Source: Eledone cirrhosa (taxonomy: Eukaryota). From it: DNA of 64,000 nucleotides. The translations under genes were made by a program, and so were the position numbers. Where the stretch lies: the NCBI GenBank assembly GCA_964016885.1, contig OZ024742.1:97402001-97466000 (forward strand), given 5' to 3'. Positions 38,940 through 48,829 of this stretch are shown here, in pieces (within the stretch, counting starts at the first letter, position 1; every line of letters begins with the position of its first letter). The notes beneath the pieces are model-generated. The model worked only from the letters and a program-made list of their open reading frames with translations. It searched no databases and was not told where the DNA came from.

Positions 38940-41039
38940 TTACCGTATTTTTGGTAGAGGAGGGATGGTTTTTACATCCCTTTTCACTTGATCGTCTGGT
39001 GAAGGGACCGTTGAATCGTCCCTTCGGCTGGTCGTCGGCTCTTCTAAGAGAATGTCTGAATATACTCTTCGATTAATGGTTCCTCCTAGGTCCCTGAAAT
39101 CACCAACTGCGTTGGGGAATTTCGTTTTAACGTTTGTGTATTGTTTCTGTGCTATTTTTAGCAGTCTTATGTTAGTTGGCGTTTTGATTGGTGCTGGTAT
39201 TATGTAGTCCTGTTGTGAAATGTCTGTGTGTTCAATTATGTAAGTCATTAGTTTCTTGTTGTGTGTGTTTATTGCCGTGCATTTGTTTTTCTGGGGGTGG
39301 GGTGTGGTTCTGCTATTTTCTTGTCGTTGTTGCTGGGTGTGTGTGTTTTGTTGTTGTGTTTGCGATGTTGGTGCTTGTGGTGGTGGTGTTGAAGGTGTTG
39401 TTGGCGGTGGGGTTGTCGCCGGTGGTGATGGTGGTGCTGGTGTGGGTGGTGATGGTGTTGGTGGTGTTGCTGCTGTGGGTCTCTTTGCAGTAGACTTTAC
39501 CCTTTTCTCATTTCTTTCCTCCCTTTTCAAAGGCGACGATGCGCTGCTTCTGCGTTTGTGCCTTCTTGAGACCTTTTGCCATCCCTCTCCCACCTCACAC
39601 TCCATGTCTGATTCTGTAAGGTCGGGGAGGGGTACCAGCTCCACTCTTTCACTTGTTGTTGTTGGTGATGTTTGCACTGGAGTCTCTGTTGCAGCTGCAT
39701 TTGGTATTGCTGTTGTTGTTGTTAATATTTCCACTGCTGCTGCTGTCTTTGATTTCCGTGGAGTGGGTATGGGTGCCACGGACCTATCGTTCCTGGTTGC
39801 CGCTTGTCCTGTTGCTGGTAGCCGTGGAACCGGATTCGGGAGGAGGGGGGTTTTCTCCTTTCTCAGGGTCTTCTCGTTGCAGAAGGCCCTGAGGTGAGTC
39901 TTCGATCCACAGCGAAAGCATTTCGGGCGTTTGCCCTCAACACTTATGGGCAGTTGAGTGCCGTTATCGAAGTCTATCACATCCGGGATAGCTTCGATGC
40001 ACTCCTGGTTGGTTTGGATTAGCATCTCAATGGAGGAGCCGACCCAATCTTCTCTTACTTTTTTCTGTACTTGCAGTACAGTTGTTTTGTCCTCGATTCC
40101 GACGAGGACAGACGCGGCCAGCCAAGAAGGGGTCATTCCGGGGGGGACGTGGGTCAGTTTGACCCTCACAATTTTTTGCCCGCAGTAGGAGGGCACCAAC
40201 ACCATTTCCTCGCTCCTTAGGGTCACTACTGATTGGGCCTTTGCCTCCTGGGGTGTGGCAAAAAGTACGTCTACGGTGGCGTATTTTTTGCCTCGGGTGA
40301 TGTGCGTTTTCCTCTGCCACACAGACCCCAAGGCTTTTTGTATTTGGGCCTCTGTGGCTCTTTCCACCCTACGGGATTTTGTACTTACTGTACGGTACGT
40401 GACCGTACAGTGCTCTTGGGTTTCGAAAAAATTTTTCGCTGCCTTGCAGATTGCTCGGTGTCCGTTCTTTGTCACCATCTTCTTCGCTTCCTCTAATTCC
40501 TCATTTGTTATGAGGATTGTTTCCAGGTTTTTCGCAATACCTGCAAATGAGATTGGTTTTTCTCTGCTGTTGTTGTTGTCGTCAGAGCTGCTGGTACTTT
40601 TGTTGTTGCTGCAGGTACTACGACTACTGCCTCCGCCGCTGTTGCTGTGGTTGTTGTTGGTGTTGCTGCTGCTAATGCTGTTGTTGTTTATGCTGCTGGT
40701 GATGCTGTTGCGGCTGCTACTGTTGTTTTCATTGTCACTGTTGCTGTTGTTATTACGGCTGCTACTGCTATTATTCCTGACGTCAGACGAATGAACTGGG
40801 TTTTCGTATTTCCCGCACACCTGTTTCGTCGCTGTCGTCGTCGTCGTGGAGAAACCTTGCACGCTTTGCACGAGACTTTTCTTTTCTTTCGTCGCTTGCG
40901 AAAGAGAAGGTAGGGAGAGAGACACATTTAAAGAAGGGAGGGAGAGAGACAATCTTCTCTCTCCTGTAGTGATGATTGAGGAAGAAGAAGACGGAATGAG
41001 TGGGAGTGACGTATGAAATTTTTTTTTTTTGGTAGCCAT
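38940..41039 (-). CDS. LINE ORF1 nucleic-acid-binding protein (probable start MATKKKK)
   Basis: Zinc knuckle CFRCGSKTHLRAFC, RRM-like segment, low-complexity N/S and P/T tracts; position upstream of ORF2. Confidence 0.9.
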   Translation of the reverse strand: MATKKKKFHTSLPLIPSSSSSIITTGERRLSLSLPSLNVSLSLPSLSQATKEKKSLVQSVQGFSTTTTTATKQVCGKYENPVHSSDVRNNSSSSRNNNSNSDNENNSSSRNSITSSINNNSISSSNTNNNHSNSGGGSSRSTCSNNKSTSSSDDNNNSREKPISFAGIAKNLETILITNEELEEAKKMVTKNGHRAICKAAKNFFETQEHCTVTYRTVSTKSRRVERATEAQIQKALGSVWQRKTHITRGKKYATVDVLFATPQEAKAQSVVTLRSEEMVLVPSYCGQKIVRVKLTHVPPGMTPSWLAASVLVGIEDKTTVLQVQKKVREDWVGSSIEMLIQTNQECIEAIPDVIDFDNGTQLPISVEGKRPKCFRCGSKTHLRAFCNEKTLRKEKTPLLPNPVPRLPATGQAATRNDRSVAPIPTPRKSKTAAAVEILTTTTAIPNAAATETPVQTSPTTTSERVELVPLPDLTESDMECEVGEGWQKVSRRHKRRSSASSPLKREERNEKRVKSTAKRPTAATPPTPSPPTPAPPSPPATTPPPTTPSTPPPQAPTSQTQQQNTHTQQQRQENSRTTPHPQKNKCTAINTHNKKLMTYIIEHTDISQQDYIIPAPIKTPTNIRLLKIAQKQYTNVKTKFPNAVGDFRDLGGTINRRVYSDILLEEPTTSRRDDSTVPSPDDQVKRDVKTIPPLPKIR

Positions 41040-41279
41040 GTTTTTTTGTTTAAAATGAAATTTTGGGTACAAAACCCCAATAACTGGCTATTTAACCCCG
41101 AAGGGCCAAATAACGGACAGAAAGACCCCTCTCACGAGGAGGAGGGTGTCTTTATCAACAATTTGGTTCAAGTTTTAAACAATTTACAATTGTTTTAACG
41201 GTTAAAAATTACTATACCTTACAGAGCCGAGCCTCCGTCAACCATGGCATTCAATAATAATAATAATAATAATAATAAT

Positions 41280-41420
41280 GCTATCTTTATTAACCACAAG
41301 GGTTTACACAAAGTAGACATTAAGGACAGTACAGGACAATACAGGACGGTACAAAAGGGCATTTCTGCGTGTAAAAAAACAAAAAACAGAGGATGTAATA
41401 ATAGAACAATGAAAAAAAAA
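41280..41420 (-). mobile_element. Tx1 3' UTR terminal fragment
   Basis: Matches 35228-35350; bounded by (AAT)n. Confidence 0.9.
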
Positions 41421-41462
<42 letters not shown>

Positions 41463-41464
<2 letters not shown>

Positions 41465-42385
41465 TTTCTTTATTAACCACAAGGGTTTACATAAAGTAGA
41501 CATTAAGGACAGTGCAGGACAATACAGGACGGCACAATGGGCATTTCTGCGTGTAAAAAACAAAAACAGAGGATGTAACAAAAAAATAACAATGAAAAAT
41601 TCCCCAATAGAGGGGAGACTTCGGAGGGACATTTGTGGAGAAAGCCCAGTAAAAGGCCACAGTGACCCTGACCACCAAGGCAAGTGCCCTCTCCCAGTTT
41701 TCCACCTTAAATTTACAGATACATACTCAGAGTAGGCCCATTCATGCTTCTCTCACCCATCTTTCAACAAAATGCTGGGAAGAGAGCACTTCCTTCTCTA
41801 CTCTGATTTTCCTTTTCAAATGAAATTTGAAAAAGTCAATCAGGGCATCACCGAAGAGGTAAGTGCTCATCTTCAGCCCTTTCAAACGTGTCCACCATAC
41901 TATCTCTTTCACCATGGCCACCAGACAGATAAAAACTGCCTGCCCTTCCCGGCTAAAGGAAGAGGGCGGGGCAATCCTCACGATGGACTCAGATGATAGC
42001 TGGATCCATCCTACACGTGACAGCTGTTGTTCGACATAAACCCACAAGTTAGCAATTTTCGGACACTGGACGAGTGCTTGCAGGACGGTTTCGTCGCCCT
42101 GCGCGGATCTCGGACATGCCCGGCTGACGGCACCTCCATGCCTGTAGAGTTTATCCCGAACTGGCAAGGCTCCTCGGTAGCACTGCCAGGCCAGAGATTT
42201 CTGGAAGTTGTCCATAGGCCCCGGCCCGAAAGTTCTTCCGAAGAGATTGGCTAGTTGATTTTCGTCGACGCCTAGAGTTTCCCCAAGTACGTCGTCGCTC
42301 TTCCCCTCCACTAATCCTCTATAGAACGCCGAGCTGGAGTTTCCACCGATCACATTGCCCGATTGGTCGAGGGCTGTGAGCGCCT
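41463..42385 (-). mobile_element. 5'-truncated Tx1 copy (about 920 bp)
   Basis: Near-identical to 35222-36170; bounded by (AAT)n. Confidence 0.95.
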
Positions 42386-42427
42386 AATAATAATAACAAT
42401 AATAATAATGTTGTTGAGGAGGATGAT

Positions 42428-42610
42428 AATTGTTTCCACTTTTGGCACAATGCCAGCAATTACTCAGTACATTACTGGTACATTATTTTATCTACCCCTT
42501 AAGGATGAAAGGCAAAGTTAACCTTGGCGGGATTTGAACTCAGACCGTAAAGGGACGTAACTATGCTGGAAAGCATGGCATCCGACTTTCTACTGATACT
42601 GCCAATCCCC
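42428..42610 (-). mobile_element. Family A SINE
   Basis: Consensus match. Confidence 0.88.
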
Positions 42611-42629
42611 ACCCTATATGATGAGGATG

Positions 42630-42900
42630 ATAATGCCTTCTAATTGATGTAATCCCCACAGATGACAATATATCTATCAAGGAAATAGAGAAAATTTTCA
42701 AGTATAAAGATCTGGAGATAGGAAAAGAGAAACAATCCTTATAGGTGCTCTGGAAATGATAAAAAGCACACACACACACACAGAAACACACAGATACATA
42801 ACTCCAGAACTTACAAATATATACAGCATATGAACAATTGTAATACTATGTATTGCACAGATATTACAAAGTACCCTTTCAAAACAACAGAAACAACGCC
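42630..42900 (+). mobile_element. R4/Dong-like RLE fragment
   Basis: LLIDVIPTDDNISIKEIE..KYKDLEI..LIGALEMIK. Confidence 0.65.
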
Positions 42901-43078
42901 AAAAGACAAACATGCACGTACCCAAGGTGCACAAAACTGTGATCAATAATGCAATGACAGCATGTAACAAAATTAAGACTAATTATAGTAATAGTAATAA
43001 CAACAACCATAACAGCAACAATAATAGCAAGTACAAGAACAATAATAATATCATTAACAACACCAGCAATAAAAATAA

Positions 43079-43370
43079 TGCTTTCTTTATTAACCCCCAG
43101 GGTTTACACAAAGTAGACATTAAGGACAATACAGGACAATACAGGACAATACAGGACGGTACAAATGGGCATTTCTGCATGTAAAAAAAAACAAAAAAAG
43201 ATGTAATAAAAGAACAATGGAAAATTCCCCAATAGGGGGCAGACTTCCGAGGTCCATCGTGGAGAAAGCCCATTAAAAAAAGCCACGGTGACCTTGACCA
43301 CCAGGGCAAATGTCCTCTCCCAGTTTTCCACCTTCAATCTACAGGTATATACTCAGAGTAGGTCCATTCA
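43079..43370 (-). mobile_element. Older Tx1 3' fragment
   Basis: Diverged match to 35222-35515; AAT-rich flanks. Confidence 0.9.
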
Positions 43371-43395
43371 ATAATAATAATGATAATGATAATAA

Positions 43396-43793
43396 TAATT
43401 GTTTCTACTTTTGGCACAAGGCCAGAAATTACCCAGTGTATTACTGGTACTTTATTTTATCGACCCCGTAAGGATGAAAGGCAAAGTTAACCTCGGTGGG
43501 ATTTGAACTCAGAATGGCAAGGGCCGTAACTCTATGCTACAAAGCATGGCGTCCGACTCTCTACCGATACTGCCAATCCACCACCACCATGATAATAATA
43601 ATAATTGTTTCTACTTTTGGCACAAGGCCAGCAATTATGCCAGTGTATTACTGGTACTTTATTTTATCGACCCCGTAAGGATGAAAGGTAAAGTTAACCT
43701 CGGCGGGATTTGAACTCAGAATGGCAAAGGCCGTAACTCTATACGTCAAAGCATGGCGTCCGACCCTCTACCAATAGTGCCAATCCACCACCC

Positions 43794-43829
<36 letters not shown>

Positions 43830-44520
43830 TGTTTCTACTTTAGGCACAAGGCCAGTAATTACCCAGTGCATTACTGGTACTTTATTTTATCGACCCCGTA
43901 AGGATGAAAGGCAAAGTCAACCTCGGCGGGATTTGAACTTAGATCGTAAAGGGACATTACTATGCTGGAAAGCATGGCATCCGACCCTCTACCGATACTG
44001 CCAATCCACCCCCCTAATAATAATAATAATGTCTAATATGGACACAAGGTCAGAAATTTTGTTGAAAGTGACAGTTGATTATATCAATCCCAGAATTTGA
44101 ATGGTATTTATTTTTTCATCCTGGAAGGATAATAGGCAATGTTAACCTTGACAGAATCTGAGCTTAGAGCATAAAGGGTGGTAACTAGTTGCCTCAATGC
44201 AGTTGGTCAATAATAATTATAATGGTTTCTCATTTAGGCACAAGGCATACAATTTTTGGGGAGAAAGGAATGCCGATTAAATCCACCCCAGTGCATTATT
44301 GGTACTTCATTTTATCAACTCCATATAACAATAATTGTTTTTACTTTTGGCACAAGGCCAGCAATTACCCAGTGTATTACTGGTACTTTATTTTATCAAC
44401 CCGTAAGGATGAAAGGCAAAGTTAACCTCGACGGGATTTGAACTCAGATCATAAAGGGGCGCAACTCTATGCTACAAAGCATGGCGTCCGACTCTCTACC
44501 GATACTGCCAATCCACCGCC
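43396..44520 (-). mobile_element. Tandem run of family A SINEs (43396-43582, 43602-43790, 43826-44010, 44332-44520, plus older pieces) separated by (AAT)n
   Basis: Repeated consensus with A/B boxes. Confidence 0.92.
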
Positions 44521-45189
44521 CATATAACAATAATACTAATGATATATGCCCCTGATTGACATAGGTGTACCATGTGACATGTAGTAGAAAAGCAAACACA
44601 AGGTGACTATCAGAAATCTATCATTTCAAATCAAAAGAATGCATCAAGTTACCCCATAAACCCAGTAGTAAAGAAGGCATTACGGATCTATGAAAAACTT
44701 TAGAAATCTTATGAGAGATTGGGAATACCAGATGTAACCTCTAGTGTACAAATGACTGTTTTATTGCAGACAGCCAGGATCTTTTGAAGAGTTTTGAGTA
44801 TCTAAGCACTGGGTAGTGGTTAATGCTTAGTATGACAATCAGGAAAGAAGGTGTGATGAATAACAATATTAACTCAATGCTATAATGCATCACATACACC
44901 ACAAGCAACTCACACAACCTATATGCTTGTTACATTCTCCCCAATAATATAACTCACAACACATCTCCCACAGAACACATTGAAGCACAAAACAAAACCC
45001 ACACATCACAGCCGCATGCTAATGTATAACAACACATACCAACACATGCAGCACACACTAGACAATCTCCACCCAACACTGTGTAGAAACACTATTCTAC
45101 ATCACCAAAAAGATAATATTGCACACACCTAAATAACAATAGGGTACACCTGCTGGTACAGTAGAAACTTGCAAGAAAGGGTATATGAT

Positions 45190-46260
45190 AAGTATAATTA
45201 TTTCTAACTCACATAGTCAAATTAATGGAGAGGGGCTAGTAGATTACATCAACCCTAGTACTTGAATAATACTTGTTTTTAATTATTGACTACAAAAGGA
45301 TGAAAACCGAAGTTGACCATAATAGTATTTGAGCTCAGAGCATTAAGAGACATAACTAAATACAGTAAGAACTTTTAACCAATGCTCAAGCAATTCTATG
45401 AACCTAATACTATGATGATGGTGATGACAACAACAGTAACAATAACGAATCAAAATGTTCCTCATTTGTATTCAAGGCAACATGGACATCTGAAATCTCA
45501 AGAAAATCCTCCTCCACTAGGCACAACTCACATACATCAGAGGGAACTATTAATTAAGTGATATCACATTAAACAACCGGTAGCTCCCCAGGATCATAGT
45601 CTGAGCTGGTTTTATAGGATGTAAAAAGAGAAAATTCAAAATGGCAAAATAATAACAATAGCAATAATTTCTAATTTAAGCACAAGGCCAGCAATTTGTG
45701 AGTGAAAGGAAAAATCTAATAAATCAACCCTAGTACTTGATTGGTACATTATTTTAGTGACCCCAGAAGGATGAAAGGAAAAGTAGATCATTGCCAGATT
45801 TGAACTTGGAATGTAAAGAGCTGGAACAAATGCTGCAAAGCATTTTGTCCAATACTCTATGGTTTCTAATTTATATTCATAATCCAAACAATTTTGGCAG
45901 GGAGGGGAAAGTCAATTAAATTGACTGGTCCTTTATTTTAATGACCCACGAAATATGAAATGCAAAGTTGACTTCAGTGGGATTTGAACTCAGAAAGTAT
46001 GGGGTTACAAGTAGATGTCTCAAATCACTTCTTTTGATATTCCAACAATACTGCTGTTCAACTGCTATAATAATGTTTTCTGATTTAGGCACAAGCCCAA
46101 ATACTTCTGGGGAAAGGGAAAACTGCCTAAATTGAATCCAGTGAATTATTGGTAGTTTATTTGATTGACTGTGTAAGGATGAATAGCAAAGCTAATCTTG
46201 GTGGAATTTGAACTCAGAACTTAAAATCTGTAACTCAATGCTGCCAATCCACTGCCATAA
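45190..46260 (-). mobile_element. Cluster of older, diverged family A-related SINEs
   Basis: Recurrent CACAAG(G)CCA..GGATGAAAG..ATTTGAACTCAG motifs. Confidence 0.7.
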
Positions 46261-46659
46261 TAGTAAATAATGATGATGATAACAAGTCTAAAAACATAAT
46301 TCTTATAACTTTCCTAATTCACCTGTAACCACTAGAAGTAGAGTTTTGCTGAGACTTTTATGCTGATTAAGATCATGTTTCGTGTTTAAGGAATAATTGA
46401 CAAATAAGACATCAACAACAACAATATAAAATACAAGAACAAAAATCTAAATCTTCACCTATGAAACCATCACTGACATATTTCTTGTGTCCATTTCCGT
46501 TTTTTAGCCAATGTCCGCTGCAATTTAGTTGCTTCCGTGCATCACAAAATTCTTAATTATATTCCAACTCCTTAACAACACATGTTTTGTTGTTATTTTT
46601 AGCTAGTTTACTTTCATATCTGTACATTGCTACTTATAATGCCTCTTCTTTTTTTTTTC

Positions 46660-46904
46660 TTAAGGAGAGTGATGGAAATAAATGTGGAAGGAAGTAGAGA
46701 AGAGGGAAGACCAAGAAAGACATGTTTAAAGATGATGGAAGAGGAAATGATAGTCAGGGGCTTGGTGAAGGGGTGATGCAGACAATAGGGCAAAATGGAA
46801 CAGCTTGTCATCGGGCCTTACAAGCCTAATCCCTGTCCTAATAGAGAAATGGCTTCTTCTTCTTCTTCTTCTTCTTCTTCTTCTTCTTCTTCTTCTTCTT
46901 CTTC
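46660..46904 (+). mobile_element. Short RTE-like 3' fragment followed by (CTT)n
   Basis: VMEINVEGSREEGRPRKTC resembles the RTE C-terminus; (CTT)n at 46853-46904. Confidence 0.55.
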
Positions 46905-47789
46905 TGTTTACCTGCACTAATTCATTAGAGGATATCTTTGTATTCTTGCTGTCTGAGAGACACGACACCTATGACAAAAACATTAATGCCAGAGTGAAGC
47001 TAAATTGAACACAATCCAGGAAAAGCGGAAATGAATGGACAAGACAATTTGCTTTCTTAGGAGAAACTGACATTTTGATATTGTAATACATTGGTGATGA
47101 GCTCAAAACCTTCTCATATACTTTTATTGGTCAGCAGCTATCTTGGAGGGATTTGGTTGATCAAATATACCTCATTAACTATATATTTTTTCAAGTCTAG
47201 TACTTATCTATCTATCTCTATTTTTTTTCAAACAACTAGATTATGGGACATAAGCAAACAATAGATGTAAACACAGATAGATATGGACACACAAATACAG
47301 ACATATACATATACAAGTTGACATTTCACACAGTTTCTGTCTACCAAATTTTACTCAAAAGGTATTGATTGACCTGCAACTGTAGTAGAAGATACACACC
47401 CAAGGTGAAATGCAATTGAACTAAACATAAAACGACATTTATCTGCTTTAAGAAGTGATATTTTGTTAGTGTAATATACTAGTACAGAGTTTAAACACTT
47501 GGCTATAGGGCAAAATGTAGTAGATTTATTGTGCATTAAGCTTATGATTCAGATTCGATATTCAATTCTAGCTTGTACACTTGGCAAAGGTAAAAATGTT
47601 ACTACTTTCTTTCTCTGTGAAGTCAATCTATATTTTAAAAACTGAATAACTTTATAATTTCTCAAACAAATTCTATTTTATCAAATTTAATTAGAGTTCA
47701 TGGAACAAATCTAAGGAAAGGCAGAGGTTGTATATGGTTTTAAATGTTTAGAGTTAATGTTATTTACCTTATATCCTATTCTCGATCAT

Positions 47790-48450
47790 TGCTTAATGTC
47801 CATTTTCTATAGTTTCATAGGTTAGATGGGTTGTCACGTTATGAGACAAGTTAGGTCGAGAGACCATATGTGGCTCATGCTGAACTGATTTTGGCTTCGT
47901 TTTTATGGCTGAATGGCCTTCCTAATGCCTACCACATTTACAGAGTAGATCGGATGCTTTTGAACATGACACCTACATGACCATTTTACAGTATGGACTG
48001 GGTGATTTTTTTTGTCGTGACACCTATATGACCACTTTACAGTGTGGACTAGGCACTTTTTGTTGTGCCACCAGAAATGACCACTTTACATTGGGGATTA
48101 GAGGATGGGCTGGGAAGGTGTATGGAGATTTGAGAGGTAGAACTAGGGTAGGGTACATATCAGGTGAGGGGTGAATAAAGGCAGACGTGTTAGGACGTTG
48201 AAGATGTATTGAAGGGGGAGGTAAGGGAGTGCATACTAGATGATTGTTTCAACCTGTGCATAATGGAAGGCAGGTCTTCTGTATTACTGCATAATATCAA
48301 AGATCTCAATCCTATGCCATCGCCATTGAGAAGTGTAATTCTATAGCTCAGCTTTTATCACCTCATCCCAAGTCTTCCTAGGTCTTCCTACTTGATAGCT
48401 TCCATCAACTTTGCACACCCTGCCCCTTTTTATACAGCTGTCATCCAGCA
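47790..48450 (-). mobile_element. Old RTE LINE 3' end
   Basis: CAGCTTTTATCACCTCATCCCAAGTCTT matches 49242-49270; degenerate 3' UTR repeats. Confidence 0.72.
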
Positions 48451-48460
48451 GAAATAGTAT

Positions 48461-48642
48461 TAATTGTTTCTACTTTTGGCACAAGGCCAGCAATTACCCA
48501 GTGCATTATTGGTACTTTATTTTATCGACCCCGTAAGGATGAAAGGCAAAGTAAACCTCGGCAGGATTTGAACTCAGACAGCAAAGGGACGTAACTATGC
48601 TGGAAAGCATGGCGTCCGACTCTCTACCAATACTGCCAATCC
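48461..48642 (-). mobile_element. Family A SINE
   Basis: Consensus match. Confidence 0.9.
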
Positions 48643-48829
48643 AGTACTAATGTTTCAGTATTATTTACAATTTTCTAACTTTAACACTACAGTGTCCTCC
48701 TACATATCACACCTCCTCACACATAAACCAGTTACTCCCCACACATATAATCTTTTAATTAGAAGAATTCATATCAATAGGAGAATGTAGTTATATTTGT
48801 TTCATATATATATGTATATATATATATAT

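Larger units (their letters stand above)
35222..41252 (-). mobile_element. Full-length Tx1/L1-clade non-LTR retrotransposon (about 6.0 kb) in (AAT)n
   Basis: Two uninterrupted ORFs 35 bp apart; about 210-bp 5' UTR; about 260-bp 3' UTR ending AATAAAGAAATCAT(TAT)n; (AAT)n on both sides. Confidence 0.95.

Noticed and set aside
36500-40794. Plus-strand ORFs overlapping the Tx1 element
   Set aside because: Antisense shadows of GC-rich ORF1/ORF2
43396-44520. Regularly spaced repeats resembling a CRISPR array or tRNA cluster
   Set aside because: Units are about 185-bp SINEs with microsatellite spacers; no cloverleaf 3' end and no cas genes
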